Shown one piece after another: positions 55,706 through 64,000 of a stretch of 64,000 nt of DNA. The stretch comes from an uncultured bacterium (GTDB lineage Bacteria; Pseudomonadota; Gammaproteobacteria; Burkholderiales; Burkholderiaceae_C). The position numbers and the translations under genes are program-made. The stretch's first letter is position 1. Each line of letters opens with the position of its first letter. The notes below the pieces were generated by a model that saw nothing but the letters and a program-made list of their open reading frames with translations, did not search any database and was not told the DNA's origin. The stretch covers positions 111,113-175,112 of the forward strand of contig CAWDIT010000013.1 in the NCBI GenBank assembly GCA_963802435.1, given 5' to 3'.

Positions 55706-58198
55706 ATGACTACAAGTCCCAGACACCTCGCCTTGTGGGTCGCGATGGTCGGTGCCCTGACGGTCCCTGCCTCAGCGGCGGCGCAGCAGGTCACCGGCAC
55801 CCTGGGGTCGCCCACCGCCACCACCACCACGGGCGGAAAGCAGCTTCCGCTGCCCGACCCGAAGTTCGAAGGGGTCATCAAGGAAAAGGCCTCGGAGTCC
55901 AAGGCCTGGTGGCCGCCCCGCGTCGTGCCGCCGAAGGGCGCGCCCAACGTGCTGCTGATCATGACCGACGACAGCGGGTTCGGCGCACCGGGCACCTTCG
56001 GCGGTGTCGTGCCGACACCGGCCATGGACCGCATCGCGAAGGCCGGGCTGCGCTACACGAACTTTCACTCCACGTCGCTGTGCTCGCCCTCGCGTGCGGC
56101 ATTGATCACCGGGCGCAACCACCACGTGGCCGGCTTCGGCGTGGTGGGCGAGATCGCCACCGGATTCCCGGGCTACGACTCCGTGATCCGCAAGGAGAAC
56201 GGCACGATCGGCACGATCCTGCGCGACAACGGCTACGCGACCTCGTGGTTCGGCAAGAACCACAACACGCCCTTCTACCAGGCGACGCAGGCCGGGCCCT
56301 TCGACCAGTGGCCGAACGGCATGGGCTTCGAGTACTTCTACGGCTTCGTCGGCGGCGACGCCAGCCAATGGCAACCGAACCTGTTCCGCAACACGACGGC
56401 GATCTTTCCGTTCGAGGGCAAGCCGGGCTGGAACCTGACGACGGCGATGGCCGACGAGGCGATCCAGTACATGAAGCAGATCAAGGCCGTCGCACCCGAC
56501 AAGCCGTTCCTCGTCTATTACGTTCCGGGCGGCACACATTCGCCGCACCACCCCACGCCGGAGTGGATCAAGAAGATCGGCGACATGCACCTGTTCGACC
56601 AGGGCTGGAACAAGATCCGCGAAACCATCTTCGCCAACCAGAAGCGGCTGGGCATCATGCCGGCGAACGCCCAACTGACCCCCTGGCCGAAGGAACTGCC
56701 GCAGTGGGATTCGCTCGGGCTGGTCGAGAAGAAGCTTTTCATCAAGCAGGCCGATGTCTTCGGCGCCTACCTCGCCTACACCGACCACGAGATCGGCCGC
56801 GTCATCCAGGCGGTCGAGGACATGGGCCAGCTCGACAACACGCTGATCATCTACATCGCCGGCGACAACGGCGCGAGCCCGGAAGGCATGCTCAACGGCA
56901 CGCCGAACGAGTTCACCACCTTCAACGGCGTTCCGGTGCCGGTCGATGCGCAGATGCTCTGGTATCCGTTCTGGGGCTCGGACAAGACCTTCCCGCACTT
57001 CGCGGCACCCTGGGCCTGGGCGATGGATACGCCCTTCAAGTGGACCAAGCAGGTGGCGTCGCACTACGGCGGCACGGCGCAGGGCATGGCGATGTCGTGG
57101 CCCGGCCACATCACCGATGGGGGCGGCATCCGGCGCCAGTTCCATCACCTGATCGACATCGTGCCGACCATCCTGGAGGCAGCCGCCATCCCGGCGCCGG
57201 AGATGATCAATGGCGTCAAGCAGCGCGCCATGGACGGCGTGAGCATGGCCTACACCTGGGACAAGGCGGGCGCCGAGGTCGCGTCGCGACGCAGCACGCA
57301 GTATTTCGAGATGCTCGGCAACCGCGCCATCTATCACGACGGCTGGGTGGCCAACACGACCCCGGCGACGCTGCCGTGGGAACTGAGCACCAAGCCGGCG
57401 CCCGACGTGATCACCGGCTACCAGTGGGAGCTCTACAACGTGGCCGAGGATCCGACCGAGTTCAACGACCTCGCGGCGAAGATGCCGGACAAGTTGAAGC
57501 AGATGCAGGACCTCTTCTACGCCGAGGCGGCCAAGCATGACGTGCTGCCGCTGGACAACACGTCCCTGACGCGCTGGAACGCGCCGAAGCCGAACCTCAC
57601 CGGCGGACGCAAGGTCTTCACCTACTCGGGGACGCTGAGCGGCATCCCCAACAGCGGCGCACCGAGCATCCTGAACCGGTCGTACACCATCACCGCCGAG
57701 GTCACGATCCCCAAAGGCGGGGCCGAAGGCATGATCGTCACCGATGGCGGGCGCTTCGGCGGCTACGGGCTGTTCCTGAGCAAGGGCGTGGCCGGCATCC
57801 GCAAGAGCAAGCCGGTGTTCCTCTACAACCTGCTCAACCTGAAGCGCACGGTGTGGGCCGGGCCGGAGCTGGGCGCCGGCAAGCACACGATCGTCTTCGA
57901 GTTCACCTCCGCCGCGCCGGGCCTGGGCAAGGGCGGCACGGGCGTGCTCAAGGTGGACGGCAAGGAAGTGGCGCGCAACACCATGGAGAACTCGATGCCG
58001 ATCACCTTCCCGGAAGACGAGACCTTCGACGTCGGCATGGACACGCGCAGCGGCGTCGCGATGGTGGAGTATCGCTACGACGTGCCATTCAGGTTCACCG
58101 GCACGATCAACAAGCTCCGCTTCGACCTCGGGGAGCAGAGCCTGACGACCGCGGAGCGCGAGCAGATGCAAAAGACCGTCGCCCGGGCGCGCGACTAG
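55706..58198 (+). CDS. arylsulfatase (Cys-type), paralogue 2
   Basis: The ATG at 55706 aligns with the paralogue 1 N-terminus. DDSGFG, CSPSRAALITGRNHH, GKNHN. Collinear with paralogue 1 throughout. Confidence 0.9.
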   Translation: MTTSPRHLALWVAMVGALTVPASAAAQQVTGTLGSPTATTTTGGKQLPLPDPKFEGVIKEKASESKAWWPPRVVPPKGAPNVLLIMTDDSGFGAPGTFGGVVPTPAMDRIAKAGLRYTNFHSTSLCSPSRAALITGRNHHVAGFGVVGEIATGFPGYDSVIRKENGTIGTILRDNGYATSWFGKNHNTPFYQATQAGPFDQWPNGMGFEYFYGFVGGDASQWQPNLFRNTTAIFPFEGKPGWNLTTAMADEAIQYMKQIKAVAPDKPFLVYYVPGGTHSPHHPTPEWIKKIGDMHLFDQGWNKIRETIFANQKRLGIMPANAQLTPWPKELPQWDSLGLVEKKLFIKQADVFGAYLAYTDHEIGRVIQAVEDMGQLDNTLIIYIAGDNGASPEGMLNGTPNEFTTFNGVPVPVDAQMLWYPFWGSDKTFPHFAAPWAWAMDTPFKWTKQVASHYGGTAQGMAMSWPGHITDGGGIRRQFHHLIDIVPTILEAAAIPAPEMINGVKQRAMDGVSMAYTWDKAGAEVASRRSTQYFEMLGNRAIYHDGWVANTTPATLPWELSTKPAPDVITGYQWELYNVAEDPTEFNDLAAKMPDKLKQMQDLFYAEAAKHDVLPLDNTSLTRWNAPKPNLTGGRKVFTYSGTLSGIPNSGAPSILNRSYTITAEVTIPKGGAEGMIVTDGGRFGGYGLFLSKGVAGIRKSKPVFLYNLLNLKRTVWAGPELGAGKHTIVFEFTSAAPGLGKGGTGVLKVDGKEVARNTMENSMPITFPEDETFDVGMDTRSGVAMVEYRYDVPFRFTGTINKLRFDLGEQSLTTAEREQMQKTVARARD

Positions 58199-58251
58199 CG
58201 GCGGATGCGCAACACCGAACCGCGAGCGCGCAAGGACCGGAGAGACGCGCA

Positions 58252-58644
58252 ATGAATCGGGTGCTCGTTGCCGCTGCCGTCGGCGAAGCCGCGACCGGGC
58301 TCGCCATGCTGATCGTTCCGTCACTGGTCGGGCAACTGCTGCTCGGCGCCGAACTGACCGGCATTGCCGTGACCGTGGCGCGCGTTGCCGGGATCGCCCT
58401 GATCGCCTTGGGCATCGCCTGCTGGCCGGGCACGCCGCTGCTCGGCATGCTGACCTACAGCGCGGCCGTCACGGTGTATCTCGCCTACATCGGCTTGTCG
58501 GGCTGCTTCGAGCGGCAAATTGCTGTGGCCGGCGGTCGTTCTGCATGCGATCCTGACGGCACTGTTGCTCCGGGCGCCCGTGGGCGAAGCGGCATCGAAG
58601 ACATAGACGAATCTCGGCTTCGCCAACTGGCCACGGCTGGGTGA
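58252..58644 (+). CDS. small multi-TM membrane protein, probably frameshifted near 58504
   Basis: MNRVLVAAAVGEAATGLAMLIV.. has three hydrophobic helices. A fourth helix (LLWPAVVLHAILTALLL) continues in the +1 frame and stops at 58606. Confidence 0.45.
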   Translation: MNRVLVAAAVGEAATGLAMLIVPSLVGQLLLGAELTGIAVTVARVAGIALIALGIACWPGTPLLGMLTYSAAVTVYLAYIGLSGCFERQIAVAGGRSACDPDGTVAPGARGRSGIEDIDESRLRQLATAG

Positions 58645-58683
58645 CCGACAGCTGGCGCGACACGAATCAATCTGGAGGAAGGA

Positions 58684-59505
58684 ATGGCGATACAGGTGAC
58701 CAACTGGCGGCTGGTTGGCGCAGCACTCGCGGCTTCATTGAGCGCGGCCGCGCCCGCCCACGCTGAAATGAGCGCGGAGGAGCTGGCCAAGCTCGCGCAG
58801 AACCCGGTCGGCAACCTGATCAGCGTGCCGTTCCAGAACAACACCAACTTCAATGTCGGGCCGATGTCGGGAACGCAGAACATCCTGAACATCCAGCCGG
58901 TGATTCCGATCTCGGTGAACAGCGAATGGAACATCATCACGCGCACCATCCTGCCGGTGATCTGGCAGCCGGCGCTGAGCCCGACCACCGACAGCACCAG
59001 CGGCATCGGCGATATCGTCCTCACCGCCTTCCTGTCGCCGGCGCAGCCCAAGGGCCTGATCTGGGGTGCGGGGCCGGTGCTGCAGATCCCGACCAACAGC
59101 AGCGCCGAACTCGGCAACAAGAACTGGGGTCTCGGCCCCTCGGTCGTCGTGCTCAAGATGGAGCATGGCAGCCCGTGGGTCTACGGCGCGCTGGCCAACA
59201 ACATCTGGTCGCTGAGCAGCAACAAGCAGGGCGGCTCGTACAACAACGGCCTGATCCAGCCTTTCGTGAACTACAACTTCGCTGGCGGCTTCTACGTGGT
59301 CAGCGGGCCGATCCTGACAGTCAACTGGAAGGCCGCGAGCGGGCAGCAGTGGACCGTGCCGCTGGGCGGCGGCATCGGCAAGATCTTCCACCTCGGCAAG
59401 CTGCCGGTGAACACCTCGCTGCAGGCCTACTACAACGTCGTGAACCCGGACAACGGCGCCGACTGGCAGTTGCGGGCGCAGGTGCAGTTCATGTTCCCGA
59501 AGTAG
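58684..59505 (+). CDS. outer-membrane beta-barrel protein (MetA-pathway/phenol-degradation-like transporter family)
   Basis: Signal peptide (..APAHA), alternating beta-strand pattern, and a C-terminal aromatic terminus (QVQFMFPK). Confidence 0.7.
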   Translation: MAIQVTNWRLVGAALAASLSAAAPAHAEMSAEELAKLAQNPVGNLISVPFQNNTNFNVGPMSGTQNILNIQPVIPISVNSEWNIITRTILPVIWQPALSPTTDSTSGIGDIVLTAFLSPAQPKGLIWGAGPVLQIPTNSSAELGNKNWGLGPSVVVLKMEHGSPWVYGALANNIWSLSSNKQGGSYNNGLIQPFVNYNFAGGFYVVSGPILTVNWKAASGQQWTVPLGGGIGKIFHLGKLPVNTSLQAYYNVVNPDNGADWQLRAQVQFMFPK

Positions 59506-59721
59506 GCGGACGCGTGTGATGGCATCGGACATGCGCAGCAAGGTCGAGCCGGTGAAGGCAGTCGCCGCGCTCGCGGATTCACTCGCACGTCCACCATCAC
59601 GATCGTCAGCTTTCAGATCGCAGGAAGGCTCGACTTCCATGCGGTCAACCCTGATGCCCGGCAACCCACTTGAATTTCAACAGAGCCTCTCTTGTTCGGT
59701 CCCATTTCATCGAGGAACTTC

Positions 59722-60255
59722 ATGACTACCCGACGCACCTTGCTTGCCTCCGCCACATTGCTCGCTTCGACGACCACGCTCCAGTCCGCATTGGCACAGA
59801 ATGCCGAGACTGCTACGAAGCAGGCTGATTTCCTGTTCGTGCAGACGGCGAACAGCATGAGCTTCGACAAGTCGACCCGCAAGCTGACGCTGCATCGGGT
59901 GAGCCCGATCACCGTGTTCTTTTCGGACCGTCCCGAGCGCATTGCCGGCAACATGAAGACGGCAGCGTTCGTCCCGTTCTGGAGCGAGGGCAAGAACAGC
60001 TTTCTCTCGGACCCACCGAACGCCGACATTTCTCTCATCGAGGGTGGGGCCCTGCGGCAGGTCGTGGCAGTACTGGAGGCTCCCGTGTTGAAAGGAACCG
60101 ACCTGTCGTACACGATCAAGGTGCTTCAAGGCGACATGCCTTCGAAGGCGGCCGAGGTGTCAGTGTTCATCGACGTCATCGGCATGCCGCTGACGCCGGT
60201 GTCGTTTGCAGGTGTCGCGCGGCGTGGCTACCGCCGGGCGGTCGTGCTCCGTTAA
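59722..60255 (+). CDS. hypothetical exported protein with a Tat-like signal (TRRTLL)
   Basis: MTTRRTLLASATLLASTTTLQSALA looks like a twin-arginine signal peptide. No family recognised. Confidence 0.55.
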   Translation: MTTRRTLLASATLLASTTTLQSALAQNAETATKQADFLFVQTANSMSFDKSTRKLTLHRVSPITVFFSDRPERIAGNMKTAAFVPFWSEGKNSFLSDPPNADISLIEGGALRQVVAVLEAPVLKGTDLSYTIKVLQGDMPSKAAEVSVFIDVIGMPLTPVSFAGVARRGYRRAVVLR

Positions 60256-60308
60256 GTCCAATCCGAGCTACAACGTCGCTTTCGACAACTTTCACCCAAG
60301 GAAATCCC

Positions 60309-60998
60309 ATGAACCACACCCGTCGCAATTTCACCCTGGCCGGTACTGCCATCGCGCTCGTCGCCTCCTTCAGCAGCCTGCCCGCGCGCGCCGACGACGC
60401 CAGCGACGCCAAGGGCACCGTCGACAAGGCCACGGCCACGGTCAACGCTTTCGCCGCAGACAAGGACTACCCGACGCTGCACGGACTGGTGAAGAAGGCC
60501 AAGGCCGTGCTCGTCTACCCGCAGATCATCGAAGGTGGCTTCATCATCGGCGGCTCGGGCGGCACAGGCGTGCTGCTGGTACGCGACGAGAAGACCGGCA
60601 ACTTCAGCGCCCCGGCGTTCTATTCGATGGGCGGCGTCAGCCTCGGCTTCCTGGCCGGCGGCCAGGCGGCCGAGACCATGGTCGTCGTCAACACGCAGAA
60701 GGCGCTCGACTCGCTGCTGTCGACCAAGGTCAAGTTCGGCGGCGATGCCTCTGTCGCCGTCGGCCCGAAGGGAGCAGGCGCATCCGCAACCTTCACCGAG
60801 GACTTCATTGCCTACTCCAAGTCCAAGGGCGCGTACGCCAACATGTCGCTCAACGGCCAGGTCGTGGACGTGCGTGAAGGCCTGAACGCAGCCTACTACG
60901 GCAAGCCGACGACACCGGTCGACATCCTGGTCAAGAAGACTGTCAGCAACCCCGGCGCAGCACCACTGCAGGCCGCGCTGAAGTCGATGGCCAGGTAG
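60309..60998 (+). CDS. SYLF (Ysc84/DUF500) lipid-binding domain protein, exported
   Basis: Signal peptide. AKAVLVYPQIIEGGFIIGGSGGTGVLL..FYSMGGVSLGFLAGG..FGGDASVAVGPKG. Confidence 0.7.
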   Translation: MNHTRRNFTLAGTAIALVASFSSLPARADDASDAKGTVDKATATVNAFAADKDYPTLHGLVKKAKAVLVYPQIIEGGFIIGGSGGTGVLLVRDEKTGNFSAPAFYSMGGVSLGFLAGGQAAETMVVVNTQKALDSLLSTKVKFGGDASVAVGPKGAGASATFTEDFIAYSKSKGAYANMSLNGQVVDVREGLNAAYYGKPTTPVDILVKKTVSNPGAAPLQAALKSMAR

Positions 60999-61125
60999 CG
61001 TTCGAGGCTGCCAGCCAGGGCGTTGTTGCGGGTGTGCCGCCGTACGACCCGTGAGTTGGCGGTGCGAGTCGACCGTTCGCAAGCGAGCTGCAAACGGCAC
61101 CGGTCGGCCGGTCATCCTGACAGGC

Positions 61126-61695
61126 ATGGGGCAAGTCCGAACATCCGAGCATTCCGTGCAAACTCAGCTCGAGCAGATCACCTACATCACCCGCGGCGAG
61201 GAGTTGGCGTGGGGCCTCGTGCTGCTGGCCTTCAGCCTGGTGATCCACGGATTCGGCATGGTGCTGACGCTGCACCTCGGCAACACTTTCAAGCAGCGCT
61301 TCGGAGCGACCGAACGCCTTCTCGCGGGCATTACCACGATCATCCTCGGGAGCTGGCTGATCGTGGCGGTCCACATCGTCGAGATTGCGATGTGGGCCGT
61401 GTTCTTCCAATGGAAGGAGTGCTTCGCGAACTGGAGCACGGCCGTCTACTTCACCGGGCTCCAGTACACCACGGTGGGAAGCACGCTCAACCTGCCGAAG
61501 CACTGGCGACTGCTCGAGATCATGGTCGCCAGCGCGGGTCTGATGGGATTCGCCTGGTCCACCGGCGTGCTGATGACGCTGGCGCAGAACTTCCAGAGCC
61601 AGCAGTTGCGAGTCCTGGATGCGCTGCGGGGCGGAGGTCGCAGAAAGGCGGATCCGGCAGTGTCCCAGCCACTGAAGTCAGACGTCAGAGAATGA
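61126..61695 (+). CDS. two-TM ion-channel family protein with a degenerate K+ filter (TTVGST)
   Basis: TM1, pore helix (AVYFTGLQYTTVGSTLN) and TM2. The start is uncertain between 61051 and 61126. Confidence 0.55.
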   Translation: MGQVRTSEHSVQTQLEQITYITRGEELAWGLVLLAFSLVIHGFGMVLTLHLGNTFKQRFGATERLLAGITTIILGSWLIVAVHIVEIAMWAVFFQWKECFANWSTAVYFTGLQYTTVGSTLNLPKHWRLLEIMVASAGLMGFAWSTGVLMTLAQNFQSQQLRVLDALRGGGRRKADPAVSQPLKSDVRE

Positions 61696-61775
61696 AGGCG
61701 GCTCATTGAGGGGCCCGATCGTTTAGCAAACCGCCGTACTCAAGTGCCGCGCTCATTTCAGCCAGGAAGCCCACC

Positions 61776-62687
61776 ATGTCGCACAAGCTGATCGTCCTTC
61801 CCGATGACACCGCCAAACCGATCATCGACGCCATCGCGGGTGCGACGAAGTCGCTCAACATCCGCATGTTCCTGTTCACCGACCCGACACTGATCGACGC
61901 CGTGATCGCCGCGCACAAGCGCGGCGTCAAGGTGCGGGTCATGCTCAACCCGGCGCGGCGCAGCGGCGAGTCGGAGAACGAGGAAGCGAGGAAGCTCCTC
62001 ACCGAGGCCGGCGTCGCCGTGCACGACAGCAACCCCGCGTTCGCGCTGACGCACCAGAAGTCGATGGTGATCGATAACAAGATCGGCTTCGTCGAGTCGC
62101 TCAACTGGGAGCCGAAGGACCTGACGAAGACCCGCGACTACGCCATCGTGACGACCAAGGGCCACGAGGTGGCCGAGATGGTCGCCTGCTTCGACGCCGA
62201 CTGGGAGCACGAGAAGTTCAAGCCGCAACCGGGCTCGCCGCTGATCTGGTGCCCCGACAACGGCCGCCAGCGCATGGCCGCTTTCATCGACGCGACGCAG
62301 CACACCCTGTGGCTGCAGAACGAGCGCTACCAGGACCAGGTGATCATCGAACGCCTGGTGCGCGCCGTGACGCGCGGCGTGAAGGTGCACATCCTGGCCA
62401 AGCCGCCGCACTCGCTCAAGCCCGACAAGCTGATCGAGGGCGTCGGCGGGCTGCGCATCCTGCAGGACGTGGGCGCCAAGGTGCACACCTTGAAGCACCT
62501 CAAGCTGCACGCCAAGATGCTGCTCGCCGACAGCAGGCACGCCATCGTCGGTTCGATCAACATCGCGCCCGGAAGCTTCGACGCGCGGCGCGAACTGGCG
62601 ATCGAGACCGACGACCCGGAAGTCGCGAAGCGGCTCGGAGAAGGTGGCGCAGCACGACTGGAGACCTGTCGCACCCGCTCGACCTGA
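61776..62687 (+). CDS. phospholipase D-family protein with two HKD motifs; the C-terminus is probably frameshifted and may extend to 62851
   Basis: HKD motifs THQKSMVID and LHAKMLLAD. After 62637 the coherent sequence continues in other frames (VAQHDW, then DLSHPLDLSD..). Confidence 0.7.
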   Translation: MSHKLIVLPDDTAKPIIDAIAGATKSLNIRMFLFTDPTLIDAVIAAHKRGVKVRVMLNPARRSGESENEEARKLLTEAGVAVHDSNPAFALTHQKSMVIDNKIGFVESLNWEPKDLTKTRDYAIVTTKGHEVAEMVACFDADWEHEKFKPQPGSPLIWCPDNGRQRMAAFIDATQHTLWLQNERYQDQVIIERLVRAVTRGVKVHILAKPPHSLKPDKLIEGVGGLRILQDVGAKVHTLKHLKLHAKMLLADSRHAIVGSINIAPGSFDARRELAIETDDPEVAKRLGEGGAARLETCRTRST

Positions 62688-62878
62688 GCGACGCGGCGCT
62701 GCTGTCAGACCTGAAGAAGCGCGAAGGACTGGACCCCGACAAGCTCGTGCTGTACGAGGACAGCGAGCACTGGGGCTACCACCACAACGGGCATCACGCC
62801 AAGAACCACGGCGAGGGCAACGGCAAGGGTGCGCACGTGAACCCGCAGTAGAGTCAGGACCGAACACGCGAGGAGAAG

Positions 62879-63632
62879 ATGATGGCGCACGACGTACCCA
62901 AGATCGGAACCGATGGCCTGCCGCTGCCCGTGATGCCGCCGGAGCGCGACCCGCGGCTCACCATCCGCGTCATCCGCGTGATGTTCTACGTGCCGGGCTT
63001 CACCGCGCTGCTGCTGCTGAAGACGGGCGAGCCGACCGGCTTCGGCATCACGATCGAATTCCTGATGCTGGCGAGCGCCGCGTCCGTCGTCGCCGGACTC
63101 TTCGTCGCGAGCGATTCGACGGGTGCGACCGGTGACAACGCCTCGAAGGTCGGGCTCTGGAGCGGCGCGCTGGTGCTCGAACTGATGGGCGTGGTCTCGT
63201 TCCTGTACGCGCTGCCGACGCTCTTCCACCAGCTTGCGAACAGCGAACTGCTGCACAAGCTGGTGCCTGGCGCGACGGCGGTGCCGCTCGGGGCCAGCGA
63301 GCTGATCCCGTCGCTGGCGATCATCCCGTTCATGCTCTACCAGCTGGCCGGGTTCGGCACGCTTCACTTCGTGGTGTCCAAGCCGGTGAACTGGGCGCAT
63401 CAACCTCGCGATCCCGGTGTTCGCCATCGGCGGTTACGTCGCCAATCGCGAAGCCAGCTTCGTCGTCGAGCGGACGCTCGGCGGCGTGCTCGTCCTGCTG
63501 ATGATCGGCACCGTCGTCTACGGCGTCTTCAAGCTCAAGGCCATGCAGATGCTCTACGACGCACATTGCCCGCCCAAGCTCGGCAAGCATCACGCCGTTG
63601 AGGCTGAGACCTCGGGGTCGCCGCCGCGCTGA
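62879..63632 (+). pseudogene. hypothetical polytopic membrane protein split by a 1-nt frameshift near 63397
   Basis: ORF 62879.. reads ..FVVSKPVNWA, then Arg-rich junk. The +1 frame continues INLAIPVFAIGGYVANREASFVVERTLGGVLVLLMIG.. to the stop at 63632. Confidence 0.5.
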
Positions 63633-63673
63633 TCCGGGTTGGCAAAGCGGCGCCGCTCGAGTGCTCTGCGCCG

Positions 63674-64000
63674 CTACGGCGTGACGATCAGGCCGCGAAA
63701 CGTCTGCCGGGCCGCGGGAAGCTTCTTGCACTCGACGCCCCCCGCCATCACGCCGCCGTCGTCGCTCAGCAGCTGCACGCGGGCGGACTGCGGGATCGCA
63801 AACGCTGCCTCTGGCCGCAGGTTCCCAAGGTCGATCCCGACCACCGGTGTTGCCGCATCGCCGGCCCGGCCCGACCAGCGATACAGCCCGAAGCTGCCGC
63901 GGTCGGCCGTCGGCCCGGCGACGATCAGATAGCCCGAGCCGACGAGCAAGATGCTGCGAATACCGCGGCGGTCAAGGTCAAGCTCGATTGGTGTGCCGAA
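63674..64000 (-). CDS. conserved hypothetical protein, C-terminal part (5' end outside window)
   Basis: The frame stays open to the window edge (FGTPIELDLDRRGIRSILLVGSGYLIVAGPTADRGSFGLYRWSG..). No confident family assignment. Confidence 0.4.
   Translation of the reverse strand, partial: FGTPIELDLDRRGIRSILLVGSGYLIVAGPTADRGSFGLYRWSGRAGDAATPVVGIDLGNLRPEAAFAIPQSARVQLLSDDGGVMAGGVECKKLPAARQTFRGLIVTP

Noticed and set aside
52954-58324. Two very long minus-strand ORFs (1026 aa and 850 aa)
   Set aside because: Both are antisense to the two arylsulfatase genes, which carry clear sulfatase signatures. The shadow ORFs are Arg/Gly/Asp-rich low-information sequence.

Overview
Very GC-rich bacterial chromosome segment whose gene content points to Betaproteobacteria, probably Burkholderiales or Comamonadaceae-like; this is inferred from protein motifs and synteny only. 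Housekeeping blocks are hisZ-purA-PRTase, tRNA-Leu(CAG), rnr plus a PHP phosphoesterase, and ribF-ileS-lspA. Accessory metabolism sits between them: an RND efflux pair, tctBA plus ggt, a MerR-controlled atuCDEF/liu-like acyl-CoA carboxylase operon that ends in a BKACE (DUF849) gene, a VOC/GST/adenylate-cyclase/AhpD-like block, an AraC/FAD-oxidase/TTC38 block, and two tandem arylsulfatases. The most unusual region is a minus-strand respiratory island at about 24.5-35.6 kb. It carries a B-family-like heme-copper oxidase (subunit I plus CuA subunit II) that lacks the cross-link tyrosine. It also carries heme O and heme A synthases and a Sco1/SenC protein. A tightly translationally coupled four-gene module follows: a cytochrome b-2x[4Fe-4S]-MvhD/FlpD fusion, a 173-aa anchored protein, a divergent HCO-like protein in which one metal-ligand His appears replaced by Glu, and a second cytochrome b. 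I cannot match this module to any characterised enzyme. Non-coding features include a roughly 366-bp MITE-like element flanked by inverted repeats, a REP-like hairpin present twice with a compensatory base-pair change, and a roughly 0.5-kb intergenic nest of perfect inverted repeats. At least five single-base reading-frame breaks look like pseudogenes or assembly indels: one at 36.7 kb and four between 58.5 and 63.4 kb. No CRISPR array, rRNA, transposase or integrase was seen. Function calls rest on by-eye motif recognition, and no database searches were run.
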